Shown: piece after piece, positions 1 to 13,300 of the stretch
How positions within the stretch are numbered: the first letter of the stretch is position 1
How the letters are laid out: every line of letters begins with the position of its first letter
Assembly: GCF_009834535.1 (NCBI RefSeq)
Contig: NC_045697.1
Location: forward strand, 119,228,001-119,292,000
Origin: Camelus ferus
Taxonomy: Eukaryota
Reading direction: 5' to 3'
Length of the DNA: 64,000 nucleotides
Program-made: the position numbers and the translations under genes
Notes under the pieces: generated by a model
The model's database searches: none
What the model saw: the letters and a program-made list of their open reading frames with translations, nothing else
Told to the model about the DNA's origin: nothing

Positions 1-3000
1 TTCTGAGAGATAATTGTGTGTAAAAGCCGTCCTTCACATAACTTGTTGGGAACACAAAGTTTCTTTTCAGTAGCTAAATCCACTCCATACATATATATGG
101 GGAGGTACTAGCTCCAAATCGATTTTACAGTGATAACTGCAGGAACTACAAACCGGCACTGGGAAACACACTGAGAAACCAGAGTAAAAGTTTCTCCTGA
201 AAACTGTTCTTTTTCTGCTAGATGAACGAATGTCTCTCCACATGCTCAGTTCTGAGAGAAAAGTGTGTGTGAAAGCCGTCCCTTACCTAGCTTTTTGGGA
301 ACACAAAGGTTCTTTTCAGTGGCAAACTCCACTCCATACATATATAAGGGGAGGTACTAGCTCCAACTCGGTTTTACAGTGATAACGGCAGGAACTAAAA
401 ACCGGCACTGGGAAACACACTGAGAAACCAGAGTAATAGTTTCTCCTGCAACCCGTTCCCTTTTTGCTAGATGAACGAACGTCTCTCCACATGCTAAATT
501 GTGAGAGATACGTGTGTGTGAAAGCCGTCCTTCACCGAGCTTGCTGGGAACACAAAGTTTCTTTTAAGATTCAAACTCCACTCCATACTTATATATGTGG
601 AGTTATTAGCTCCAACTGTGTTTTACAGTGAAAACTGCAGGAACTTAAAACCGGCACTAGGAAACAGACTGAGAAACAACAGTAAAAGATTCTCCTGCAA
701 CCCGTTCCATTTGAGCTAGATGAACGAAAGTCCCTCCACATGCTCAGTTCTTTGTGATAAGTGTGTGTGAAGGCCTTCCTTCACCTAGCGTGTTGGGAAC
801 ACAAAGTTTCTTTTCAGGTGCAATCTCCACTCCATACAAATATACGGTGAGGTACTAGCTCCAGAACGGTTTTACAGTAAAACTGCTTGAAGTTCAAACT
901 GGCACTAGGAAACTGAATGAGTTTCCAGAGTAAAAGTTTGTCCTGCAAAACTTCACTTTGTGCTAAATGAACGAACGTCTCTACACATGCTCAGTTCTGA
1001 GAGATAAGTGTGTGTGAAAGCCGTCCTTCACCTTGCTTGTTGGGAACACAAAGATTCTTTTCAGTTGCAAACTCCACTCCTTACATATATATGGGGAGGT
1101 ACTAGCACCAACTCTGTTTTACAGTGAAAATTGCAGGAATTTCATAACGGCAAAAGTAACAGTCTGGGCAACCAGAGTAAAAGTTTCTCCTGCATCCCGT
1201 TCACTTTGTGTTAGATGAACGAACGTCTCTCCACATGCTCATTTGTGAGAAATAGTTGTGTGTGAAAGCCATCCTTCAACTAGTTTGATGAGAACACAAA
1301 GTTTCATTTGAGTTGCCAACTCCAATCCATATATATATATGGGGAGGTAATAGCTCCAAATTTTTTTACAGTGAAACCTGCAGGAACATCAAACCGGCAC
1401 TAGGTAACAGAATGAGATAGCAAAGTAAAAGTTTCTCCTGCAACCCGTTCCATTTGTGCTAGATGAGCAAAAGTCTCTCCACATGATTTGTTCTGAGAGA
1501 TAAGTGTCTGTGAAAGCCGTCCATCACCTAGATTGTTTTGAACACAAAGTTTCTTTTCAGGTGCCAACCACACTCCATAAATATGTATGGGGTTGTACTA
1601 GCTCCAAATCGGTTTTACAGTGAAAACTGCAGGAATTTTTTCCCAGAACCAGAAAACAGACTGAGAAACCAGAATAAAAGTTTCTCCTGCAACCCGTTCC
1701 CTTTGTGCTAGATGAACGAACGTCTTTCCACATGCTCAGTTCTGAGAAGTAAGTGTGTGTGAAACCGTTCTTCACCTATCTTATTGGGAACACAAAGTTT
1801 CTTTTCAGTTGCAAATTCCAATCCATACATCTATATAGGGGGGGTACTAGCTCCAACTCGATTTTACAGTGAAAACTGCAGGAACTTCCAACCGGCACTA
1901 GGAAACAGAGTGAGAATCCAGAGTAAAATTTTCTCCTGCAAACCGTTCAATTTGTGCTAGATGAACGAAAGTCTCTCCACATGTTGAGTTCTGAGAGATA
2001 ATTATGTGTGAAACCCGTCCTTCACCTAGCTTGTTGGGAACACAAAGATTCTTTTCAGTTGTAAACTCCACTCCATACATATATATGGGGAGGTATTAGA
2101 TCCAAATCTGTTTTATAGTGAAAATTGAAGGAATTTCAAAACGGCAAAAGTAACAGACTGGGCAACCAGAGTAAAAGTTTCTCCTGCATCCCGTTCACTT
2201 TGTGTTAGATGAACGAACGTCTTTCCACATGCTCAAATATGAGAGATAAGTGTGTGTGAAAGCCGTCCTTCTCATAACTTATTGGGAACACAAAGATTCT
2301 TTTCAGTTGCTAAATCCAATCCACACATATATATGGGGAGGAACTAGCTCCAAGATTGTTTTACAGTGAAATATGCAGGAACTTCAAACCGGCACTAGGA
2401 AACAAACTGAGAAACCAGAGTAAAAGTTTCACCTGCCACTCGTTCTATTTTTGCTGGATGAATGAATGTCTGTCCACATGATCAGTTCTGAGAGATAAGT
2501 GTGTGTGAAAGCTATCCTTCACCTATCTTGTTGGGAACACAAAGATTCTTTTCAGGTGCAAACTCCACTCCATATATATATATGGGGAGGTACTAGCTCC
2601 AACACAGTTTTACAGTGAAAACTGCAGGAACTTCAAACCTGCACTAGGAAACAGACTGAGAAAACAGAGTAAAAGTTTCACCTGCCAACCGTTCCCATTG
2701 TGCTAGATGAACGAAAGTCTCACCACATGCTCAGTTCTGAGAGATAAGGGTGTGTGAAAGCCGTATTTAACCTAGCTTGTTGGGAACACACAGTTTCTTT
2801 TTAGTTGCAAACTCCACTCCAAACATACATAAGGGGAGGTACGAGCTCCAACTCTGTTTTACAGTGAAAATTGCAAGAATTTCATACCGGAACTAGGAAA
2901 AAGACTGAGAATCGAGAGTAAAAGTTTCCCCTGCAACCCGTTCCTATGTGCTATATGAACGAACTTCTCTCCACATGCTCAGTTCTGAGAGATAATTGTG

Positions 3001-5462
3001 TGTGAATGCCGTACTTCACATAACTTTTTGGGAACAAATAGTTTCTTTTCAGTTGCAAACTCCAATCCATACATATATATAGAGAAGTACTAGCTCCAAA
3101 TCGATTTTCAGTGAATCTGCAGGAACTTCAAACCGGCAATAGGAAACAGACTGAAAACCAGAGTAAAAGTTTCTCCTGCAACCCACTCCATTTTTGCCAA
3201 ATGAACGAACGTGTCTCCACATGCTCATATCTGAGAAATAAGTGTGTGTGAAAGCCGTCCTTCTAATAGTTTGTTGGGAACACAAAGTTTCTTTTCAGTT
3301 GCTAAATCCTCTCCATACATATATATGGGGAGGTACTAGCTCCAAATCGATTTTAGAGTGAATCTGCAGGAACTTCAAACAGGCACTAGGAAACAGACTG
3401 AGAAACCAGAGTAAAAGTTACACCTGCAACCGTTTCACTTTGTTCTAGATGAATGAACGTCTCTCCACATGCTCAGTTCTGAGAGATAAGTGTGTATGAA
3501 AGCCGTCCTTCACCTAAGTTTTTGGGAACACAAAGTTCCTTTTCAGGTGCAAACACCATTACATATATATATATGGGGTGGAAATAGCTCCAAATTTTTT
3601 TACAGTGAAAACTGCAGGAACATCAACCGGTAATAGGTAACAGACTGAGATATCAGCGTAAATGTTTCTCCTGCAACCCGTTCCAGTTGTGCTAGATGAA
3701 CGAACGTCTCTCCACATGCTCAGTTCTGGGAGATAAGTGTGTGTGAAAGCCGTACTTCAACTAGGTTTTTGGGAACACAAAGATTCTTTTCAGTTGCAAA
3801 CACCAATACATATATATATATGGGGAAGTACAATCTCCAACACAATTTTACATTGAAAACTGCAGGAATTTCATACTGGAACTTGGAAACAGACTGAGAA
3901 ACCAGAGAAAAAGTTTCTCCTGCAACACATTCCCTTTGTGATAGATGAATGAACGTCTCCCCACATGCTGAGTTCTGAGAGATAACTGTGTGTAAAAGCC
4001 GTCCTTCACATAACTTGTTGGGAACACAAAGTTTTTTTCAGTTGCAAACTCAAATCCATACATATATATAGGGAGGTACTAGCTACAACTCGATTTTACA
4101 GTGATATTGCAGGAACTTCAAACCGGCACTAGGAAACAGACTGAAAACTAGAGTAAAAGTTTCTCCTGCAAACCACGCCATTTGTGCAAAATGAACGAAC
4201 TTCTTTCCACATGCTCAGATCGGAGAGATAAGTGTGTGTGAAAGCCGCCCTTCACCTAGCTTGTTGGGAACACAAAGTTTCTTTTCAGTAGCTAAATCCA
4301 CTCCATACATGTATATGGGGAGGTAATAGCTCCAACTCGATTTTACAGTGAAAACTGCAGGAACTTCCAACCGGCACTAGGAAACAGACTGAGAAACCAG
4401 ATTAAAAATTTCTCCTGAAAACCGTTCTTTTTCTGCTAGCTGAACGAATGTCTCTCCACATGCTCAGTTCTGAGAGATAATTGTGTGTGAAAGCCGTACT
4501 TCTCATAACTTATTGGGAACACAAATATTCTTTTCAGTTCCTAAATCCAATCCATACATATATATGGGGAGGTACTAGCTCCAATTCGGTTTTACAGTGA
4601 AATATGCAGGAAATTCAAACCGGCACTAGGAAACAGACTGAGAAACCAGAGTAAAAGTTTCACCTGCAACTCGTTCAATTTTTGCTAGATGAATGAACGT
4701 CTGTCCACATGATCAGTTCTGAGAGATAAGTGTGTGTGGAAGCCATCCTTCACCTATCTTGTTGGGAACACAAAGTTTTTTTCAGGTGCAAACTCCACTC
4801 CATATATATATATATGGGAGGGTACTAGCTCCAACACAGTTTTACAGTGAAAACTGCAGGAACTTCAAACCGGCACTAGGAAACAGACTGAGAAAACAGA
4901 GTAAAAGTTTCACCTGCCAACCGTTCCCATTGTGCTAGATGAACGAAAGTCTCTCCACATGCTCAGTTCTGAGAGATAAGGTGTGTGAAAGCCGTCCTTC
5001 ACCTATGTTTTTGGGAACACAAAGTTTCTTTTCAGGTGCAAACACCAATACATATATATATATGGGGAGGAAATAGCTCCAACTGTTTTTACAGTGAAAA
5101 CAGTAGGAACATCAAACCGGTACTAGGTAACAGACTGAGATATCAGAGTAAATGTTTCTCCTTCAACCCGTTCCATTTGTGCTAGATGAACGAACGTCTC
5201 TCCACATGCTCAGTTCTGGGAGATAAGTGTGTGTGAAAGTCGTCCTTCACCTAGCTTTTTGGGAACACAAAGATTCTTTTCACTTGCAAACAACAATACA
5301 TATATATATATGGGGAAGTACAATCTCCAACACAGATTTACATTGAAAACTGCAGGAATTTCATACTGGAACTTGGAAACAGACTGAGAAACCAGAGAAA
5401 AAGTTTCTCCTGTAACACATTCCCTTTGTGATAGATGAACGAACGTCTCCCCACATGCTCAG
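1..5462. repeat. 22-monomer HOR variant (period 5462 bp)
   Basis: 1-~1905 is nearly identical to 5463-~7365. The unit lacks some master-order monomers and repeats others, e.g. the monomer pair at ~2238-2735 reappears at ~4468-4965. Confidence 0.8.
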
Positions 5463-5899
5463 TTCTGAGAGATAATTGTGTGTAAAAGCCGTCCTTCACA
5501 TAACTTGTTGGGAACACAAAGTTTCTTTTCAGTAGAAAAATCCACTCCATAAATATATATGGGGAGGTACTAGCTCCAAATCGATTTTACAGTGATAACT
5601 GCAGGAACTACAAACCGGCACTGGGAAACACACTGAGAAACCAGAGTAAAAGTTTCTCCTGAATACCGTTCTTTTTCTGCTAGATGAACGAATGTCTCTC
5701 CACATGCTCAGTTCTGAGAGAAAAGTGTGTGTGACAGCCGTCCCTTACCTAGCTTTTTGGGAACACAAAGGTTCTTTTCAGTGGCAAACTCCACTCCATA
5801 CATATATAAGGGGAGGTACTAGCTCCAACTCGGTTTTACAGTGATAACGGCAGGAACTAAAAACCGGCACTGGGAAACACACTGAGAAACCAGAGTAAT

Positions 5900-8800
5900 A
5901 GTTTCTCCTGCAACCCGTTCCCTTTTTGCTAGATGAACGAACGTCTCTCCACATGCTAAATTGTGAGAGATACGTGTGTGTGAAAGCCGTCCTTCACCGA
6001 GCTTGTTGGGAACACAAAGTTTCTTTTAAGATGCAAACTCCACTCCATACTTATATATGTGGAGTTATTAGCTCGAAATGTGTTTTACAGTGAAAACTGC
6101 AGGAACTTAAAACCGGCACTAGGAAACAGACTGAGAAACCACAGTAAAAGATTCTCCTGCAACCCGTTCCATTTGAGCTAGATGAACGAACGTCTCTCCA
6201 CATGCTCAGTTCTTTGTGATAAGTGTGTGTGAAAGCCTTCCTTCACCTAGCTTGTTGGGAACACAAAGTTTCTTTTCAGGTGCAATCTCCACTCCATACA
6301 CATATACGGTGAGGTACTAGCTCCAGAACGGTTTTACAGTAAAACAGCGGGAAGTTCAAACTGGCACTAGGAAACTGAATGAGTATCCAGAGTAAAAGTT
6401 TGTCCTGCAAAACTTCACTTTGTGCTAAATGAACGAACGTCTCTACACATGCTCAGTTCTGAGAGATAAGTGTGTGTCAAAGCCGTCCTTCACCCAGCTT
6501 GTTGGGAACACAAAGATTCTTTTCAGTTGCAAACTCCACTCCTTACATATATATGGGGAGGTACTAGCACCAACTCTGTTTTACAGTGAAAATTGCAGGA
6601 ACTTCAAAACGGCAAAAGTAACAGTTTGGGCAACCAGAGTAAAAGTTTCTCTTGCACCCCGTTCACTTTGTGTTAGATGAACGAACGTCTCTCCACATGC
6701 TCATTTGTGAGAATAATTGTGTGTGAAAGCCGTCCTTCAACTAGTTTGATGAGAACACAAAGTTTCATTTGAGTTGCCAACACCAATCCATATATATATA
6801 TGGGGAGGTAATAGCTCCAAATTTTTTTACAGTGAAAACTGCATGAACATCACCCGGCACTAGGTAACAGAATGAGATAGCAGAGTAAAAGTTTCTCCTG
6901 CAACCCGTTCCATTTGTGCTAGATGAGCAAAAGTCTCTCCACATGATCTGTTCTGAGAGATAAGTGTCTGTGAAAGCCGTCCTTCACCTAGATTGTTGGG
7001 AACACAAAGTTTCTTTTCAGGTGCCAACCACACTCCATAAATATGTATGGGGTGGTACTAGCTCCAAATCGGTTTTACAGTGAAATCTGCAGGAATTTTT
7101 TCCCGGAACCAGAAAACAGACTGAGAAACCAGAATAAAAGTTTCTCCTGCAACCCGTTCCCTTTGTGCTAGATGAACGAACGTCTCTCCAAATGCTCAGT
7201 TCTGAGAAGTAAGTGTGTGTGAAAGCCGTTCTTCACCTATCTTTTTGGGAACACAAAGTTTCTTTTCAGTTGCAAACTCGAATCCATACATATATATAGG
7301 GGGGTACTAGCTCCAACTCGATTTTACAGTGAAAACTGCAGGAACTTCCAACCGGCACTAGGAAAAAGACAGAGAAACCAGATTAAAAATTTCTCCTGAA
7401 AACCGTTCTTTTTCAGCTAGATGAACGAATGTCTCTCCACATGTTGAGTTCTGAGAGATAATTGTGTGTGAAAGCCGTCCCTCACATCGCTTGTTGGGAA
7501 CAGAAAGTTTCTTTTCAGTTGCAAACTCCAATCCATACATATATATGGGGAGGTATTAGCTCCAACTCGGTTTTACAGTGATAACTGCAGGAACTTCAAA
7601 CCGGCACTAGGAAACAGACTGAGAAAACATATTAAAAATTTCCCTGAATACCGTTCTTTTTCTGCTAGATGAATGAATGTCTCTCCACATGCTAAATTCT
7701 GAGAGATAAGTGTGTGTGAAAGCCGTCCTTCAACGAGCTTGTTGGGAACACAAAGTTTCTTTTAAGATGCAAACTCCAATCCATACATATATATGTAGAG
7801 GTATTAGTTCCAACTGTGTTTTACAGTGAAAACTGCAGGAACTTAAACCCGGCACTAGGAAACATACTGAGAAACCACAGTAATAGATTCTCCTGCAACC
7901 CGTTCCCTTTGTGCTAGATGAACGAACGTCTCTCCACATGCTCAGTTCTGAGTGATAATTTTATGTGAAAGCCTACCTTCACCTAGCTTGTTGGGAACAC
8001 AAAGTTTGTTTTCAGGTGAAAACTCCACACCATACATATATACGGTGAGGTACTAGCTCCAAACTGGTTTTACGGTAAAACTGCAGGAAATTCAAACCGG
8101 CAATAGGAAACAGACTGAGAAACCAGAGTAAAAGTTTCTCCTGCAACCCGTTCCCTTTTTGCTAGATGAACGAACGTCTCTCCACATGCTAAATTGTGAG
8201 AGATACGTGTGTGTGAATGCCGTCCTTCACCGAGCTTGTTGGGAACACAAAGTTTCTTTTAAGATGCAAACTCCACTCCATACTTATATATGTGGAGTTA
8301 TTAGCTCCAACTGTGTTTTACAGTGAAAACTGCAGGAACTTAAAAATTGCAATAGGAAACAGACTGAGAAACAACAGTAAAAGATTCTCCTGCAACCCGT
8401 TCCATTTGTGCTAGATGAACGAACGTCTCTCCACATGCTCAGTTCTTTGTGATATGTGTGTGTGAAAGCCTTCCTTCACCTAGCTTGTTGGGAACACAAA
8501 GTTTCTTTTCAGGTGCAATCTCCACTCCATACACTTATACGGTGAGGTATTAGCTCCAGAACGGTTTTACAGTAAAACAGCGGGAAGTTCAAACTGACAC
8601 TAGGAAACTGAATGAGTATCAAGAGTAAAAGTTTGTCCTGTAAAACTTCACTTTGTGCTAAATGAACGAACGTCTCTACACATGCTCAGTTCTGAGAGAT
8701 AAGTGTGTGTGAAAGCCGTCCTTCGCCCAGCTTGTTGGGAACACAAAGATTCTTTTCAGTTGCAAACTCCACTCCTTACATATATATGGGGAGGTACTAG

Positions 8801-10350
8801 CACCAACTCTGTTTTACAGTGAAAATTGCAGGAACTTCAAAACGGCAAAAGTAACAGACTGGGCAACCAGAGTAAAAGTTTCTCCTGCATCCCGTTCACT
8901 TTGTGTTAGATGAACGAACGTCTCTCCACATACTAATTTGTGAGAAATAATTGTGTGTGAAAGCCGTCCTTCAACTAGTTTGATGCGAACACAAAGTTTC
9001 ATTTGAGTTGCCAACTCCAATCCATATATATATATGGGGAGGAAATAGCTCCAAATTTTTTTACAGTGAAAACTGCAGGAACATCAAACCGGCACTAGGT
9101 AACAGAATGGGATAGCACAATAAAAGTTTCTCCTGCAACCCGTTCCATTTGTGCTAGATGAGCAAAAGTCTCTCCACATGATCTGTTCTGAGAGATAAGT
9201 GTCTGTGAATGCCGTTCTTCACCTAGATTGTTGGGAACACAAAGTTTCTTTTCAGGTGCCAACCACACTCCATAAATATGTATGGGGTGGTACTAGCTCC
9301 AAATCGGTTTTACAGTGAAAACTGCAGGAATATTTTCCCGGAACCAGAAAACAGACTGAAAAACCAGAATAAAAGTTTCTCCTGCAACCCGTTCCCTTTG
9401 TGCTAGATGAACGAACGTCTCTCCACATGCTCAGTTCTGAGAAGTAAGTGTGTGTGAAAACCGTTCTTCACCTATCTTTTTGGGAACACAAAGTTTCTTT
9501 TCAGTTGCAAACTCCAATCCATACATATATATAGGGGGGTACTAGCTCCAACTCGATTTTACAGTGAAAACTGCAGGAAATTCCAACCGGCACTAGGAAA
9601 CAGACTGAGAAACCAGATTAAACATTTCTCCGGAAAACCGTTCTTTTTCAGCTAGATGAACGAATGTCTCTCCACATGTTGAGTTCTGAGAGATAAGTGT
9701 GTGTGAAAGCCGTCCCTCACATAGCTTGTTGGGAACAGAAAGTTTCTTTTCAGTTGCAAACTCCAATCCATACATATATATGGGGAGGTATTAGCTCCAA
9801 CTCGGTTTTACAGTGATAACTGCAGGAACATCAAACCGGCACTAGGAAACAGACTGAGAAACCAGATTAAAAATTTCTCCTGAAAACCGTTCTTTTTCTG
9901 CTAGATGAATGAATGTCTCTCCACATGCTAAATTCTGAGAGATAAGTGTGTGTGAAAGCCGTCCTTCAACGAGCTTGTTGGGAACACAAAGTTACTTTTA
10001 AGATGCAAAATCCAATCCATACCTTTATATGTAGAGGTATTAGTTCCAACTGTGTTTTACAGTGAAAAATGCAGGAACTTAAACCCGGCACTAGGAAACA
10101 TACTGAGAAACCACAGTAATAGATTCTCCTGCAACCCGTTCCCTTTGGGCTAGTTGAACGAACGTCTATCCACATGCTCAGTTCTGAGTGATAAGTTTGT
10201 GTGAAAGCCTACCTTCACCTAGCTTGTTGGGAACACAAAGTTTGTTTTCAGGTGAAAACTCCACACCATACATATATACTGTGAGGTACTAGCTCCAAAC
10301 TGGTTTTACAGTAAAACTGCAGGTACTTCAAACCGGCACTAGGAAACAGA
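5900..10350. repeat. Tandem duplication of a 9-monomer block (period ~2233-2236 bp)
   Basis: Diagnostic monomer at 5961 and 8194; paired ORF-track entries 7358/9593 and 7730/9966; shared variants such as GAGAAGTAAG, TTCCCGGAACCAGAAAAC and GAAAGCCTACCTTC. Confidence 0.85.
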
Positions 10351-13300
10351 ATGAGAATCCAGAGTAAAAGTTTCTCCTGCAAACCGTTCACTTTGTCCTA
10401 GATGAATGAAAGTCTCTCCAAATGTTCAGTTCTGAGAGAAAATTATGTGTGAAAGCCGTCTTCACCTAGCTTGTTGGGAACACAAAGATTCTTTTCAGTT
10501 GCATACTCCACTCCATACATATATTGGGGAGGTACGAAATCCAAATCTGTTTTACAGTGAAAATTGAAGGAACTTCAAAACGGCAAAAGAAACAGACTGG
10601 GCAACCAGAGTAAAAGTTTTTCCTGAATCCCGTTCACTTTGTGTTAGATGAACGAACGTCTCTCCACATGTTCAGATCTGAGAGATAAGTGTGTGTGAAA
10701 CCCGTACTTCTCATAACTTTTTGGGAACACAAAGATTCTTTTCAGTTGCTAAATCCAATTCATACATATATATGGGGAGGTACTAGCTCCAAATCTATTT
10801 TAAGGTGAAATCTGCCGGAACTTCCAACCGGCACTAGGAAACAGACTGAGAAACCAGAGTAAAAGTTTCTCCTGCATCCCGTTCACTTTGTGTTAGATGA
10901 ACGAAAGTTTATACACATGCTCAGTTGTGAGAGATAAATGTGTGTGAAAGCCGTCTTTCACCTAGCTTGTTGAGAACAAAAAGTTTCATTTGAGTTGCCA
11001 ACTCCAGTCCATATATATATATGGGGAGGTAATAGCTGAAAATTTATTTACAGTGAAAACTGCAGGAACATCAAAACGGCACGAGGTAACACACTGTGAT
11101 AGCAGAGTAAAGGTTCTCCTGCAACCCGTTCCCTTTGTGTTAGATGAACGAACGACTCTCCACATGCTCAGATCTGAGAGATAAGTGTGTGTGAAAGCCG
11201 TTCTTCTCATAACTTATTGGGAACACAAAGATTCTTTTCAGTTGCTAAATCCAATCCATACATATATATGGGGAGGATCTAGCTCCAAGTCGGTTTTACT
11301 GTGAAATATGCAGGAACTTCAAACCGGCACTAGGAAACAGACTGAGAAACCAGAGTAAAATTTTCACCAGCAACTCGTTCAATTTTTGCTAGATGAATGA
11401 ACGTCTTTCCACATGATAAGTTCTGAGAGATATGTGTGTGTGAAAGCCATTCTTCACACATCTGGTTGGGAACACAAAGTTTCTTTTCAGGTGCAAACTC
11501 CACTCCATATATATATATGGGGAGGTACTAGCTCCAACATAGTTTTACAGTGAAAACTGCAGGAACATCAAACCGGCACTAGGAAACAGACTGAGAAAAC
11601 AGAGTAAAAGTTTCACCTGCCAACCGTTCCCATTGTGCTAGATGAACGAAAGTCTCTCCACATGCTCAGTTCTGAGAGATAAGGGTGTGTAAAAGCCGTC
11701 CTTCAACTAGCTTTTTGGGAACACAAAGTTTCTTTTCAGGTGCAAACTCCACTCCATACATATATATGGGGAGGTATTAACTCGAACTCATTTTGACAGT
11801 GAAAACTGAAGGAACTTCAAACAGGCACTAGGAAACATGCTGAGAAACAAGAGAAAAAGTTTCTCCGTCAACCCGTTTCTTTGTGCTAGATGAACGAACG
11901 TCTGTCCACATGCTCTGTTCTGAGTGATAAGTGTGTGTGAAAGCCGTAGTTCACCTAGCTTGTTGGGAACACAAAGTTTCTTTTTATTTGCAAACTCCAC
12001 TCCAAACATATATAAGGAGAGGTACTAGCTCCAACTCGGTTTTACAGTGAAAATTGCAGGAATTTCATACCGGAACTAGGAAAAAGTCTGAGAATCTAGA
12101 GTAAAAGTTTTTCCTGCAAACCGTTCACTTTGTGCTAGATGAACGAACGTCTCTACACATGCTGATTTCTGAGAGATAATTGTGTGTGAATGCCGTACTT
12201 AAAGTAACTTTTTGGGAACAAATAATTTCTTTTCAGTTGCAAACTCCAATCCATACATATATATAGGGAGGTACTAGCTCCAAATCGATTTTAGAGTGAA
12301 TCTGCAGGAACTTCAAAACGTCACTTGGAAACAGACTGAAAACCAGAGTAAAAGTTTGTCCTGCAACCCAATCCATTTTTGCCAAATGAACGAACGTCTC
12401 TCCACATGCTCATATCTGAGAAATAATTGTGTGTGAAAGCCGTCCTTCTAATAGCTTGTTGGGAACACAAAGTTTCTTTTCAGTTGCTAAATCTTCTCCA
12501 TACATATATATGGAGAGGTACTAGCTCCAAATCGATTTTACAGTGAATCTGCAGGAACTTCAAACAGGCAGTAGGAAACAGACTGAGAAACCAGAGTAAA
12601 AGTTACACCTGCAACCCTTTCACTTTGTCTAGATGAATGAACGTCTCTCCACATGCTCAGTTCTGAGAGATATGTGTGTATGAATGCCATCCTTCACCTA
12701 TCTTTTTGGGAACACAAAAGTTTCTTTTCAGGTGCAAACTCCAATACATATATATATATGGGGAGGAAATAGCTCCAAATTTTTTTACAGTGAAAACTGC
12801 AGGAACATCAAACCGGTACTAGGTAACAGACTGAGATATCAGAGTAAATGTTTCTCCTGCAACCCGTTCCATTTGTGCTAGATGAACGAACGTCTCTCCA
12901 CATGCTCAGTTCTGGGAGATAAGTGTGTGTGAAAGCCGTAATTCAACTAGCTTTTTGGGAACACAAAGATTCTTTTCAGTTGCAAAAACCAATACATATA
13001 TATATATGGGGAAGTACAATCTCCAACACAGTTTTACATTGAAAACTGCAGGAATTTCATACTGCAACTTGGAAACAGACTGAGAAACCAGAGAAAAAGT
13101 TTCTCCTGCAACACATTCCCTTTGTGATAGATGAAAGAAAGTCCCCCCACATGCTCAGTTCTGAAAAATAATTGTGTGTAAAAGCCGTCCTTCACATAAC
13201 TTGTTGGGAACACAAAGTTTTTTTCAGTTGCAAACTCCAATCCATACATATATATAGGGAGGTATTAGCTACAACTCGATTTTACAGTGATTCTGCAGGA

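Noticed and set aside
86..100. TATA-box-like CATATATAT / TATATAAG and (TG)n microsatellite-like runs
   Set aside because: These are short fixed parts of every monomer with no associated gene, so they are not independent promoters or microsatellites.
48..206. Internal half-monomer duplication (AAAGTTTCT...TGCAA at ~56 and ~187; GTGAAA at ~20 and ~130; four CTAG sites)
   Set aside because: The matches are short and their offsets are inconsistent (about 110 versus 131 bp), which is insufficient to claim a sub-repeat by eye.
1..249. Identification as primate alpha satellite or another named satellite
   Set aside because: The monomer is 249 bp, not 171 bp, and only short AT-rich words are similar. 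I cannot assign a family or species without a database search.
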